A stretch of DNA of 64,000 nucleotides, taken from an uncultured Gemmatimonadales bacterium (GTDB taxonomy: Bacteria > Gemmatimonadota > Gemmatimonadetes > Gemmatimonadales > GWC2-71-9). Position numbers and translations under genes: made by a program. This document shows positions 39,616 through 49,303 of this stretch, piece after piece; within the stretch, counting starts at the first letter, position 1, and every line of letters starts with the position of its first letter. A model generated the notes under the pieces. The model searched no databases. It worked only from the letters and a program-made list of their open reading frames with translations, and was not told the DNA's origin. The stretch covers positions 103,942-167,941 of the forward strand of contig CAWGSK010000015.1 in the NCBI GenBank assembly GCA_963825055.1, in the 5' to 3' direction.

Positions 39616-42252
39616 ATGCACCCTGCCCGCGACCATGCGCTTCCCCCGGATCCTGACGAATACCGTCGAGCGACGCATCCACGGGGTCGGGTGATCGTGA
39701 TCGCGCCCACCCGGGCCGCGTGCGAAACGATCGAGCTGGCGATGGGGCTGCACCTGGACACGCTCCTCGAACGCGAGCACGGCGACGAACTCCGGGCGTG
39801 GGCCGCAGCCGGGAAACCATTCGGGATCGTGGCCGGCACGGGTACGGGCAAGACGCTCGGGATCAGGCCTGTCGCCGAGTCCATCCTCGAGACCCCGCTC
39901 AAGGTCGGGGTGGTGAACCGCGAGCGCGAGGCCACGCCCGAGACGCCCTCGTGGAACGTGGTCATCGTCACCACCGGCATTGCGCGCCGCTGGTTCCAGG
40001 ATGACCTGATCACCCCGCGCGATACGCTGGTGGTGGACGAGATCCACCAGACTTCCGCCGAGCTGGAGCTCTGCCTCGCACTCGGCAAGCGGGTGGGCTG
40101 CCGCTTCATCTGGCTCTCCGCCACCGTGGATCCCGCCTTCTACCGCCACTACCTGGAGAGTGCGGAGGTCCTGGAGACCTACGCGTTCGACCCGGCGCTG
40201 AAGGCCCAGGTCAGGGTGATTGCCCAGAAGCCACAGCAGTTCCTGAACGATCGCTTTCTCCGGCACGTCATCAAGGAGAAGCGGGGGGTCGCGGTATTCG
40301 TGCCGACCCGGGCCGAGGTCGAGCAGCTCGCAGTGGAACTGGGCGAGCGCTGGCCCAGGCTCAATGCAGCGTTCTATCACGGCGGCGAGCCGATCCGGGT
40401 CATCCGTCCGTTCCTGGAAGGCGAGGCCGAGCACCCGTTCCTCCTGGCGATGACTGCAGCGGGGCAGTCCGCCCTGAACGTGCGCGGGCTGGACACCGTG
40501 GTCATCTACGACGCGCGGTACGCGAACGTGGTTGACCGCGGCCGGAACGTGCTCCACCGCCTGCACCTCGGCGCTAATGAAATCCTCCAGATGGCGGGGC
40601 GGGTGCACGGCCGCGTCCCGAACGGCGAAGTCATCATCCTGAGTGACCGGAAGCTCGTTTTCAGCGAGTTGAAGCCGACACCCCCGGAGTTCCAGCTCGC
40701 GGGCGACGCCGAGCGGGTGGCACTCACCTGCGCTGCCATCGGCGTGGACGCGCGGGACCTTGAACTCCCGGTACCGCTCGACCGGAGTGCCTATCGCCGG
40801 GCGGTTGACCGGCTGGTTGCGCGAGGCCTGATCGAGAACGGCAAGCTCACGAGGTACGGGCAGGAAGTGGAGGCGCTGCCGACCGACCGGCCCTGGGCAG
40901 AACTCCTGGTGCATGGTTCCGATGAACTGGTACCCATCCTCTCGGTGGGTGCCAGCCTCGACTCGCTCCACCGCATGACTCGCGAAGAGCGCGATCTCTA
41001 CGGCGTGGTGGTGAACGGCAGCGACCATCTCACCATGTACAACGTCTACGCCGAGGCAGTGGAGCAGCACGGGAACCTGGGACGGGTATACGGGCTGCCG
41101 CGCCACCAGTTCGACGACGGCCTGGAGCAGTGGGCCGAGCGGCGGGGTGTCCTGGTGAAGGCCATCGAGGATGCCGCGCTTGGCGTCGCGTCCATCTACC
41201 GCGCGCTCGACCTCGAGCTGCCGGCGCGCTTTCCCCGCGCCTCGAAAGACGTGCAGCGCGACTTCCGGGACCTGCTCGCCCGGATCATGCCGTTTGACCT
41301 GGTGATCGACGAGCACACCGCCGACGGCCAGGAGGCGCGCGTAAGCCGGAGCTCCGTGGCAGGCAGCTGGGGCGCGGTGGCCGGCAACCTCCGCTTCTTC
41401 GCCGACCGGATGGGAATTCCACGCGCCGGCATCGAGGGCACCACGCTGCCGTATGACCTGGTGCGCCAGCACGCGAGCTGGGGCCCGGCGACGATCGAGC
41501 TGTCACAGGGCAGGCGCCGGACCCAGCACCTTGTCATGCGGCGGCGGATCACGTACTTCGGCTTCGAACTGGAGAGCGTGGTGGAGGATCTCGAGGGGCC
41601 GATCCCCGATGACCTCCTCGTTCCCGCGCGCGAGACGATGGTGGCGGGCCTCATGGCCGGGGAAACCATGCATCCGGACCAGGGCCGGGTGCGGCGCGCG
41701 CTCGAGGAGCTGGGCGAGCTCTGGCGCCGATCCGGCGGAACCCTTTTGCGGATCGACTCAGCGGCACTCCGTGGCGACCTGCTGGCGCAGGTCGACGGGG
41801 TGAACAGCTGGGAGGGTTTTCTCGAAACGCCGTTCTCGCTCGACCCGGTTCAGCTGGTCCAGGAAGACGTACGCGAGGCGCTGTCACAGCTGCCGTCGTC
41901 CCTTCATCTCCTCGGTGATGCAATCCCGCTCGACTACGATGTGGACCAGGAGGGCCGTGGGATCGTGCGGCTCCGACTTCGTGAGGGCCAGGCGCGCCGG
42001 ATCCAGGAGAAGGACCTGCCACCTCTCGACCGGCCGATCCGCTTCACCGTCGTGCGCGGCAGCGGCAGTTCGCTCAGGGCGGATACGCTCGAAGAAATGA
42101 AGCGGCTGCTGGATGCGATGCCGCGGGAGAGATCGAAGGTCGAAGGTCGAAGGTCGAAGGACAGGAAGGGTGGGAAGCGGCACAAGGGACAACGGCATCA
42201 GGGCAAAGGCGGGAAGGGGAAGGGTGGCCGGGGCCGGGGCGGGCGGCGCTGA
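39616..42252 (+). CDS. DEAH-like SF2 helicase
   Basis: GTGTGKT, DEIH, SAT, FVPTR, QMAGRVHGR; basic K/G/R-rich tail. Confidence 0.88.
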   Translation: MHPARDHALPPDPDEYRRATHPRGRVIVIAPTRAACETIELAMGLHLDTLLEREHGDELRAWAAAGKPFGIVAGTGTGKTLGIRPVAESILETPLKVGVVNREREATPETPSWNVVIVTTGIARRWFQDDLITPRDTLVVDEIHQTSAELELCLALGKRVGCRFIWLSATVDPAFYRHYLESAEVLETYAFDPALKAQVRVIAQKPQQFLNDRFLRHVIKEKRGVAVFVPTRAEVEQLAVELGERWPRLNAAFYHGGEPIRVIRPFLEGEAEHPFLLAMTAAGQSALNVRGLDTVVIYDARYANVVDRGRNVLHRLHLGANEILQMAGRVHGRVPNGEVIILSDRKLVFSELKPTPPEFQLAGDAERVALTCAAIGVDARDLELPVPLDRSAYRRAVDRLVARGLIENGKLTRYGQEVEALPTDRPWAELLVHGSDELVPILSVGASLDSLHRMTREERDLYGVVVNGSDHLTMYNVYAEAVEQHGNLGRVYGLPRHQFDDGLEQWAERRGVLVKAIEDAALGVASIYRALDLELPARFPRASKDVQRDFRDLLARIMPFDLVIDEHTADGQEARVSRSSVAGSWGAVAGNLRFFADRMGIPRAGIEGTTLPYDLVRQHASWGPATIELSQGRRRTQHLVMRRRITYFGFELESVVEDLEGPIPDDLLVPARETMVAGLMAGETMHPDQGRVRRALEELGELWRRSGGTLLRIDSAALRGDLLAQVDGVNSWEGFLETPFSLDPVQLVQEDVREALSQLPSSLHLLGDAIPLDYDVDQEGRGIVRLRLREGQARRIQEKDLPPLDRPIRFTVVRGSGSSLRADTLEEMKRLLDAMPRERSKVEGRRSKDRKGGKRHKGQRHQGKGGKGKGGRGRGGRR

Positions 42253-42397
42253 CCGTTCACTCAGTCGGCGGGGGTCCCATCCACCTTCCGTCTCTGGAAC
42301 CCCGGGATCCCGAGCGATCCCATGCCCCGGGTCGCGAGCTCGCGCTCGATACCGCGCGAGGCGCCGGTGACCAGGGCTGTCCGGCCGCGGAGTTCCA

Positions 42398-42907
42398 TCA
42401 GCCGAGAAGTCCGAGCCAGAAGCGGTCGAACCCGTCGCGAAGTGCGGCGGCATCCGTCCCGCGGAGAAGGGCGACCTGGAAGCCGTCCAGAACGGACGGG
42501 ATCAGTCCCGGCACTGGTGGCGTCTCGAGTGCGAGGGCCCGCGCGGCGGACCGGGCCAGCGGGTCATCCCGATCCTGCCGGAGAATTGCCTGAAGTCCGG
42601 GCTGGTCCAGGGCAAGGAAGGCGAGCCAGGTGCGGAAGGCGCCGGAGCGGACCTCGTCGACCAGCACGGACCACAGCGCATCCAACGCCGCGGTGCCTTC
42701 CCGTTCGAGGGCCTCTCCCCGGCGCCGCAGCCGCTCGTCCCGGAGTGCTCCCGCCACCTCCGCCAGCAGGGCTGACTTCGTCCTGAAGTGGTAGTGCACC
42801 AACCCCTTGGCGCATCCGGCCTCTCCGGCCACCTGGGCCATGGTCCAGCCGGTGATATCTCCCCGGAGAAGCACCGTTTGCGCGGCCCGCAGGATCGTCT
42901 CTCGCAT
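42398..42907 (-). CDS. TetR family transcriptional regulator
   Basis: RETILRAA...TMAQVA.EAG.AKGLVHYHF.TK..LL. Confidence 0.9.
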   Translation of the reverse strand: MRETILRAAQTVLLRGDITGWTMAQVAGEAGCAKGLVHYHFRTKSALLAEVAGALRDERLRRRGEALEREGTAALDALWSVLVDEVRSGAFRTWLAFLALDQPGLQAILRQDRDDPLARSAARALALETPPVPGLIPSVLDGFQVALLRGTDAAALRDGFDRFWLGLLG

Positions 42908-43098
42908 CCGGTCTCCTCGCTGTCCACGTCGTGGCGGCTGGGACGTCATTCTAACAGGGGCAGGCGGTCTGGAGCTTCGGGATTATGCCGGTTTCACCTT
43001 CCCGGGCCAGGCCATTGATTATTCACGGGATATCAGCCTTTTTCCCCCGCGGTGTCGCACAGTGAAACCCCGCGGTCGCACTCAACGTAAGATGGCCT

Positions 43099-43560
43099 AT
43101 GTCGGAAACGAATGGTATGAAGGGTAATACGCTGCCGTCAGTCTTTTCCCCCCTCGCCAAGGCCCTGCTCGATGGCTTCGGTGAAGGCGTGGTGGTGTTC
43201 GACAAGGACGGCAAGCTGCTCTACATGAATACCCCGGCCCGCGATGCGCTCGAAGGCACCGTGGATCTGGATGACTCCGATGACCTGCAGCCCCGGCTCG
43301 CCGCCATGGGCGGCCGGCTGCGTCCGCTCAAGGTGGGCGCCCTCGAGCTCGGTGAAGCGATGTTCATACCCGGGGTCGCCGGCCCGAGCACGCTGGCGGA
43401 GCGGGAGAAGGAACTGATCGTCACCACGCTGGACGCCAACAACTGGCGCCTGGCCGAGACGGCGAAGCATCTGGGGATCAGCCGGACGACCCTCTGGCGG
43501 CGCCTGCGCGCCTACGGCCTCCATCGCGATGGTCGCAGTCGATGGGCGCACTCCAGCTAG
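43099..43560 (+). CDS. Small PAS + Fis-type HTH protein
   Basis: LLDGFGEGVVVFD.DG...Y.N..A PAS start; TLAE.EK..I...L.....AETAK.LGISRTTLWRRL HTH_8. Confidence 0.85.
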   Translation: MSETNGMKGNTLPSVFSPLAKALLDGFGEGVVVFDKDGKLLYMNTPARDALEGTVDLDDSDDLQPRLAAMGGRLRPLKVGALELGEAMFIPGVAGPSTLAEREKELIVTTLDANNWRLAETAKHLGISRTTLWRRLRAYGLHRDGRSRWAHSS

Positions 43561-45668
43561 CGCTCCTTCTCGCGCTGGGCCCGGGGCAACCCGATTCATT
43601 ACCTGTGTACGCGGACGCTCCAACCCGCGCGCTCGTCGCGCGCGCGATGGAGCGTCATCGCTACCAGGATACCCTCGTCAACGACTACCGCGCGCACATC
43701 GACTACCGGATGTCGTTCGCACTGGGCAAGCGGCGGTGGGCCCGGCTGCCGCCCGTCGCGGTGGAGGAACAGACGGGCAGCGTCGCCTGGCAGCGGCCCA
43801 ATGACCTCCGGGTGAACATCGAGGGCGCCCGCTCCCGTGCCCGGTGGGCGGACGTCGACATCTCCAGCGCCTTTGACCGGCCCTGGTTCGTTCCCCGGGC
43901 CCTGGGAGACTCCGTCCGCATCTTCGGGCAGGATTTTCCCGACCGCGCCGCGCTCCATCCCCTCGCCGCGGACGGGCCGGACTGGTACAGCTATGCCCTG
44001 ACCGACAGTGTCCGGGTCACGACCCAGGACGGCCGCCGCATCACGCTGTACACCGTGCGCGTGGTGCCACGACGCAACGGACCCTCACTCATCGCCGGAC
44101 GCATGGTCCTGGACGGGGAGACTGCCGAAGTAGTGCGGCTGGCTTTCCGCTATGTCGGGACAGCGCTCTGGTCGAGTCCCGAGTCGGACACGCCTGAGGA
44201 CAGCGCGTCGGCCCGTCGCGAGAACAAACTCGTCAGCCGGATCCTGCGGGTGGACGCCGAGCTGGAGTACTCGCTGCAGGACCGGCGCTACTGGATGCCT
44301 TACCGCCAGGTGATCGCCGGCGAAGTGAAGATCCCGGTCATCGGCGATATCGTCATTCCGTTCGAGCTCAGCACGACGTTCACCGACTACGAGATCAATA
44401 CCGGGCAACCGATCCCGTTCCAGGTGGCGATCCCTGACTCAGAGGATTTTGTCCGGATCGGGCGACGGCGCGATTCGACCTCCGCGGTGGAGTACGCCAG
44501 CGACCGGGACGGCAGCCACTTCGAGATCCGTACGGCACCCCGGGCCGAACTGAGCCGGTACGCGTGGCCCGACTCACTCGAACTGGACCAGTCACCCGAG
44601 GATGCCCAGCGAACATTCGACATGATGCAGGACCTGGCCCACATCGCCGAGGACCTGCCGGACGAATTGACCGGACGACGGCGCTACGGAATCGAGTACG
44701 AGCGGGTCGCGGACGTGTTCCGCTACAACCGGGTACAGGGGTTGTCCGCCGGCCTGGGTTACCAGGTGGACGTGCCGGGTGTCGCCTTCACCCGCGCGCG
44801 GGGGACGGTGCGGTTCGGCCTCAGCGACTCGCGTGTCATGGGGCAGGTCGGCCTGGTTCGGGAAGCGCCTGAAGGCCGGCTCTCCCTCACCGGGTACCGG
44901 CGCCTGGCCGAGGTGGACGTCATCCAGCCCGTGGGAGACATCGGTAACTCGCTGAACGGGCTGTTTGCCGGGCACGACAACGCCGACTACTACCTGGCGG
45001 AGGGCGTGTCGCTGGGCTACGAGACGTCGCTCGGTGTGGGACTCGACCTGGCCGCGGAGGTGCGGGCCGAGCACCAGAGCAGCACCCCGGCCGAGGCCCA
45101 CTCGGCGATCAATGACTTCTTCGGTGGCACCGGTGACTTCCCCGGCAATCCGCCGGTGCTGGCGGGGAACTTCCTGGGCACCACGCTCAAGCTGAGCGGT
45201 CAGGGCGGCATGGGCAGCTGGACAGTGGCCGGAGATTTTCTTGGCGGTGAGGGTGAGGTAGCGGCGCGCGTCTCCGGCGAATGGGGACGGTCCTTTGGCC
45301 GGGCGAACGGACTCACCCTCCGTGCCCGGGGCGGTATGGGCACCGCGCCGGCACTCCCCCAGACGCTCTTCCGGGTCGGTGGCCTCGGCACGGTGCGCGG
45401 GTTCGACTACGGCTCACGCATCGGGCAGGCCTTCTGGGCCGTCCAGGCCGACTATGCGGTTGCCGGTGGGCTCGGCCTCCGGCCGGTGGTGTTCATGGAT
45501 GCCGGCCAGGCAGGGCCGCTGGACGGGCTGGCCGGTCAGGACCTGCTGGTGGGCGGCGGTGTCGGCGTGTCCATCCTCCGCGGGCTCATCCGGTTCGACC
45601 TGAGCCATCCCATCACGCACGACGACACCGGCTTGCGGTTCGACATCGTCTTCGCCGCGCCCCGGTAG
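43542..45668 (+). CDS. Large outer-membrane protein (DUF5686/Omp85-like C-terminal barrel)
   Basis: Signal peptide, RYNRVQG, VGG..TVRGFDYG, FMDAG.A barrel motifs. Confidence 0.75.
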   Translation: MGALQLALLLALGPGQPDSLPVYADAPTRALVARAMERHRYQDTLVNDYRAHIDYRMSFALGKRRWARLPPVAVEEQTGSVAWQRPNDLRVNIEGARSRARWADVDISSAFDRPWFVPRALGDSVRIFGQDFPDRAALHPLAADGPDWYSYALTDSVRVTTQDGRRITLYTVRVVPRRNGPSLIAGRMVLDGETAEVVRLAFRYVGTALWSSPESDTPEDSASARRENKLVSRILRVDAELEYSLQDRRYWMPYRQVIAGEVKIPVIGDIVIPFELSTTFTDYEINTGQPIPFQVAIPDSEDFVRIGRRRDSTSAVEYASDRDGSHFEIRTAPRAELSRYAWPDSLELDQSPEDAQRTFDMMQDLAHIAEDLPDELTGRRRYGIEYERVADVFRYNRVQGLSAGLGYQVDVPGVAFTRARGTVRFGLSDSRVMGQVGLVREAPEGRLSLTGYRRLAEVDVIQPVGDIGNSLNGLFAGHDNADYYLAEGVSLGYETSLGVGLDLAAEVRAEHQSSTPAEAHSAINDFFGGTGDFPGNPPVLAGNFLGTTLKLSGQGGMGSWTVAGDFLGGEGEVAARVSGEWGRSFGRANGLTLRARGGMGTAPALPQTLFRVGGLGTVRGFDYGSRIGQAFWAVQADYAVAGGLGLRPVVFMDAGQAGPLDGLAGQDLLVGGGVGVSILRGLIRFDLSHPITHDDTGLRFDIVFAAPR

Positions 45669-45692
45669 AATCCTCCTCGATCCAGAACAGCC

Positions 45693-45785
45693 TCACCGCG
45701 AAGGACACGAAGACCACAAAGAGGTACTTTTCGCGTACATTCCCACGCGCGATCGATTGCCTTTGTGTTCTTTGCGTACTCTGTG
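45693..45785. repeat. Imperfect inverted 9-mer arrays (CACGAAGAC-like / CTTTGTGTT-like)
   Basis: caccgcgaaggacacgaagaccacaaag ... ctttgtgttctttgcgtactctgtg. Confidence 0.6.
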
Positions 45786-45819
45786 ATAAGGCTGTTCGAC
45801 TACCGAAGCCGGAGCCCCG

Positions 45820-46275
45820 ATGCCTGCACCGTTCGTCATGGAGGAGTATGTCCGCTGGTCGGACGTGGATGCCGCGGGGATCATCTTCTACGGCTCCTAT
45901 GTCCGGCTGTTCGAGCTGGCGGAAATGGAACTCTTCCGCGCGGCGGGCATGCCGTTCAGTACCGTCTTCGAGACGTACGACATCTATCTGCCGCGGGTGC
46001 AGGTGCATACGGAGTTCTACTATCCCGTGCGGCTCGACGACCGGCTCCGGCTCGCGGCCTATATAAGCCGTATCGGCACCAAGTCCATCACCATGAGTTT
46101 CGACGTGATCCATGAGGGCACCGGCCGGCTGGGGGCTCACGGGCACCTCGTCCTGGTGTGTACCGGCCGGGGCGACCTGGTCTCGCGCCCGCTGCCTCCC
46201 GACCTGGTCGAGCGCCTCCAGCCCTTCGCCCTCTCGGTCGCGGAAGCCCGGAATCAACTGGGGCTCGAAGCGTGA
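45820..46275 (+). CDS. Acyl-CoA thioesterase (4HBT/YbgC hotdog fold)
   Basis: VRWSDVDAAGIIFYGSY..LFE.AE motif. Confidence 0.9.
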   Translation: MPAPFVMEEYVRWSDVDAAGIIFYGSYVRLFELAEMELFRAAGMPFSTVFETYDIYLPRVQVHTEFYYPVRLDDRLRLAAYISRIGTKSITMSFDVIHEGTGRLGAHGHLVLVCTGRGDLVSRPLPPDLVERLQPFALSVAEARNQLGLEA

Positions 46276-46820
46276 TGCCGGTGCGCGGCTCCATCTTCCT
46301 GGCCGTCATGCTCTGTGCGGCGTGCGGGGCCGAGCCCGCGCTCGAGGTCGCGGGCGGCGCCGGGACGTTCACCGTGGACTGGATGGGCCAGGACACGGGC
46401 AGCTTCGAGGCACCGGCCAGGGCCGAGTGGTGCGAGGAGGGGAGAATGCTGGAAATCGTCTCCCTCCTGGGCGACACCGGCGTGGCGATCGCGTTGTATC
46501 CCCGCGACTCGCTCATGGCCGACTCGCTCCCGGTCTATGATCCCTCTCTGGGCCCGCCGGGGCGGCCGGCGGCCGGGGTGGCCCTCCGGGTGTTCGGCCA
46601 GGTGAGCATCTACGCGGGGCAGAGCCGGAGCGGCTGGCTGGTGCTGGAGCAGGCCGGGCACGACCGGGTGAGTGGCCGGTTCGCGGCGGAGCTGCGGGGG
46701 GTCCGGGATCCGGTGGACGCGGCGGTACGGGGGAGCTTCCGGAACGTGCCGGTCACTCCGGCCACCACCCCGTGCACCCCCGACAGCACAGGCATTTCGA
46801 GCGATACCGCGTTACGTTAA
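46275..46820 (+). CDS. Hypothetical lipoprotein
   Basis: TGATG coupling; lipobox CAAC. Confidence 0.7.
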   Translation: MPVRGSIFLAVMLCAACGAEPALEVAGGAGTFTVDWMGQDTGSFEAPARAEWCEEGRMLEIVSLLGDTGVAIALYPRDSLMADSLPVYDPSLGPPGRPAAGVALRVFGQVSIYAGQSRSGWLVLEQAGHDRVSGRFAAELRGVRDPVDAAVRGSFRNVPVTPATTPCTPDSTGISSDTALR

Positions 46821-46824
46821 GACC

Positions 46825-48042
46825 ATGACAGAGACGTACTTCCGGAAGGGCTTCGGCCTCAAGAGCCAGATCGAGGACCGCCTCGTCGCCGACTACAGCA
46901 GCGGCGTGGTGGAGGCGCTCAAGGGGGCCGACTATGCGCTGCAGGTGGGGCCGCTCGCCATCCGGCTCGCCCGTGAATTCGGGTTCTGCTATGGAGTGGA
47001 CCGGGCGGTGGACTACGCCTACGAAGCGCGCACCAAGTTTCCCGACCGCCGGCTGTTCCTGGTCGGCGAGATCATCCACAACCCGCATGTGAACCGGAAG
47101 CTGGAGGAGATGAACGTCCATTTCCTCTGGCGCGACGATAACGGGGCCTTCGGCTTCAGCGAGGTCCGGCCCGCGGATGTCGTCATCATGCCGGCCTTCG
47201 GCGTGACCGTGCAGGATTTCGACCGGCTGCGCGGGATCGGGTGCGTCATGGTGGACACGACCTGCGGGTCGGTGCTGAACGTCTGGAAGCGGGTGGAACG
47301 CTATGCGAAGGACGGCTTCACCGCCATCATCCACGGGAAGCACTACCACGAGGAAACCAAGGCGACGGCCAGCCAGGTCACCAAGTACCCCGATGGGCGC
47401 TACCTCGTGGTCCGGAACATGGAGGAAGCGCGGCTGGTGTGCGATTTCATCGAGCAGGGCGGCGACCCCGCTCCCCTGGCCGACCGCTTTGCGAAGGCCG
47501 TGTCCGGGGAATTTGACTTTCGGCAGCACCTGGTCCGGGTCGGGCTTGCGAACCAGACCACGATGCTCTCCGGCGAGTCACTCGCCATCGCCGACGAGTT
47601 CCGCAAGAGCATGGAGAAACGCTACGGTGCGGAGCATGTGGGAGATCACTTCCGGAATTTCGACACGATCTGTTCCGCCACGCAGGAACGCCAGGACGCG
47701 GTGAAGGACCTGTTGAAGCTTCCGCCCGACGTCATGATCGTGGTGGGCGGCTACAACTCCAGCAACACCTGCCACCTCGCATCGCTTTGCGTATCGGAGG
47801 GGGTGCGGACGTATCACATCGAGGACTCAGCCTGTATCGATCCCTCGGAGGGCACGATCCGCCACCAGCCGGTTGGCGCGACCAGAGAGACAAAAGACCA
47901 CGACTGGATGCGGGGCGTGCAAAGCCTGGGGCTCACCGCCGGTGCCTCGACCCCGAACAACAAGATCGGACAGACCGTCGCGCGTATCTGTGAGACGGCC
48001 GGACTTGCGCCTGACCTCGACGCGGCGGTCTCTCCGGCCTGA
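46825..48042 (+). CDS. ispH: 4-hydroxy-3-methylbut-2-enyl diphosphate reductase
   Basis: GFCYGVDRA, IIHNP, DTTC, NQTT, TICSATQERQ, SSNT, TAGASTP. Confidence 0.95.
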   Translation: MTETYFRKGFGLKSQIEDRLVADYSSGVVEALKGADYALQVGPLAIRLAREFGFCYGVDRAVDYAYEARTKFPDRRLFLVGEIIHNPHVNRKLEEMNVHFLWRDDNGAFGFSEVRPADVVIMPAFGVTVQDFDRLRGIGCVMVDTTCGSVLNVWKRVERYAKDGFTAIIHGKHYHEETKATASQVTKYPDGRYLVVRNMEEARLVCDFIEQGGDPAPLADRFAKAVSGEFDFRQHLVRVGLANQTTMLSGESLAIADEFRKSMEKRYGAEHVGDHFRNFDTICSATQERQDAVKDLLKLPPDVMIVVGGYNSSNTCHLASLCVSEGVRTYHIEDSACIDPSEGTIRHQPVGATRETKDHDWMRGVQSLGLTAGASTPNNKIGQTVARICETAGLAPDLDAAVSPA

Positions 48043-48115
48043 ACCGCGACGCAACCATTTTCCGTTTCAATGCATCCCTCTCCAGAGGCCCTCATTCTTC
48101 CTCCTGGAGTTTCCC

Positions 48116-49303
48116 ATGCGCCGTGCCCTTCTCGTGGCCGCGCTCGGCTGGGCGGCTGCGTCGTGCGGTGACGCCTCCGCCCGGCATCTCGCCGAGCCCA
48201 CCGTCGACACCCTGGCGAACGGCGCGCTGGCTGTCATGAATGACGCCCCGGCCCTCTGGGCTGATACCAACGGCTGGAAGCTGGTGGAGCGCTACCGGGT
48301 CCGGGGCAGTATCGGCGATTCGATCGTGCTCAACAACCCGCAGTCCGTGGCGCTGGACGACGCTGGCCGGGTGTACGTCATGGACCAGGACCCCGCCATC
48401 ATCAAGCAGTTCGGCACCGACGGCAGTCTGATTCGGAGCATCGGCCGGGACGGCGGTGGTCCGGGCGAATTCAGGGTGGGGTTCGTGACCGTCACCGGGT
48501 CGAACCTCGTCGTCCATGACCCGCGGCAATCCCGCACGTCTGTCTTCGACACGTCGGGGACATTCCTCCGCAGCTGGGCTTCGCTGTGCTGTTACTGGAC
48601 CAGTATCAACTCGGACCCCGGCGGGCACGTGCTGATCCCCGGAATCAGCCCACCCGATTCGGGTAACCTCTACGTCCGGTACGCTGTGGAGGACGGCAGC
48701 GCCGATACCCTGTACCTGGCCCCCACGCCCCGGGACGAGGAGAAAACCTGGACGTTCAAGAACGGGAACCGTTCCACCATGTCGATGAGCGTCCCCTTCT
48801 CTCCGCAGACCGTCCAGCGGACCAGTTCGGATGGTGGGTTCCTTCTGGGCTACTCCGGGGGCTACAGTATCGTAAAGAGCCGGGGGGGCCGTGATACTCA
48901 GATGGTCTTCGGACGAAAGTGGACGCCGGTCGCCATCAGCAGTGAGCGGAAGGATGCCATCATCGACTCCACCGTCCGGAACGTGACCAGCATGGTGAAG
49001 GAGGACGAGGCGCGGCGCATCATGAAGGCTGGAGACATTCCGGGGACGGCGCCCGCGTTCACAGGCTTCGGGGCCGATGGCGCCGGCAACGTCTGGGTGC
49101 AGGTGGATCCGGGAGATGACGGCGACCATACCCTTTTCGACGTGTTCGACTCGACCGGCACGTGGCTGGGCCAGGTGGCCGCACCGGCGGGCATCATCAA
49201 CTATCGGATGGCCTGGCACAACGGTCAGCTGGCCACCTGGCTGGAAGACGACGACGGCCTGCCGATGGTGGTGGTGTACGACGTGAAGAAGGGGGAGAAC
49301 TAG
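48116..49303 (+). CDS. 6-bladed beta-propeller (NHL-like) lipoprotein
   Basis: Lipobox AASC; IGR.GGGPGEF motif; repeated VFD.SG..L. Confidence 0.82.
   Translation: MRRALLVAALGWAAASCGDASARHLAEPTVDTLANGALAVMNDAPALWADTNGWKLVERYRVRGSIGDSIVLNNPQSVALDDAGRVYVMDQDPAIIKQFGTDGSLIRSIGRDGGGPGEFRVGFVTVTGSNLVVHDPRQSRTSVFDTSGTFLRSWASLCCYWTSINSDPGGHVLIPGISPPDSGNLYVRYAVEDGSADTLYLAPTPRDEEKTWTFKNGNRSTMSMSVPFSPQTVQRTSSDGGFLLGYSGGYSIVKSRGGRDTQMVFGRKWTPVAISSERKDAIIDSTVRNVTSMVKEDEARRIMKAGDIPGTAPAFTGFGADGAGNVWVQVDPGDDGDHTLFDVFDSTGTWLGQVAAPAGIINYRMAWHNGQLATWLEDDDGLPMVVVYDVKKGEN

Noticed and set aside
39508..41472. Long antisense ORFs (also 7103..8449, 10111..11619, 26860..28290, 36203..38167, 53464..54762)
   Set aside because: Shadow frames of high-GC genes with no recognisable motifs.
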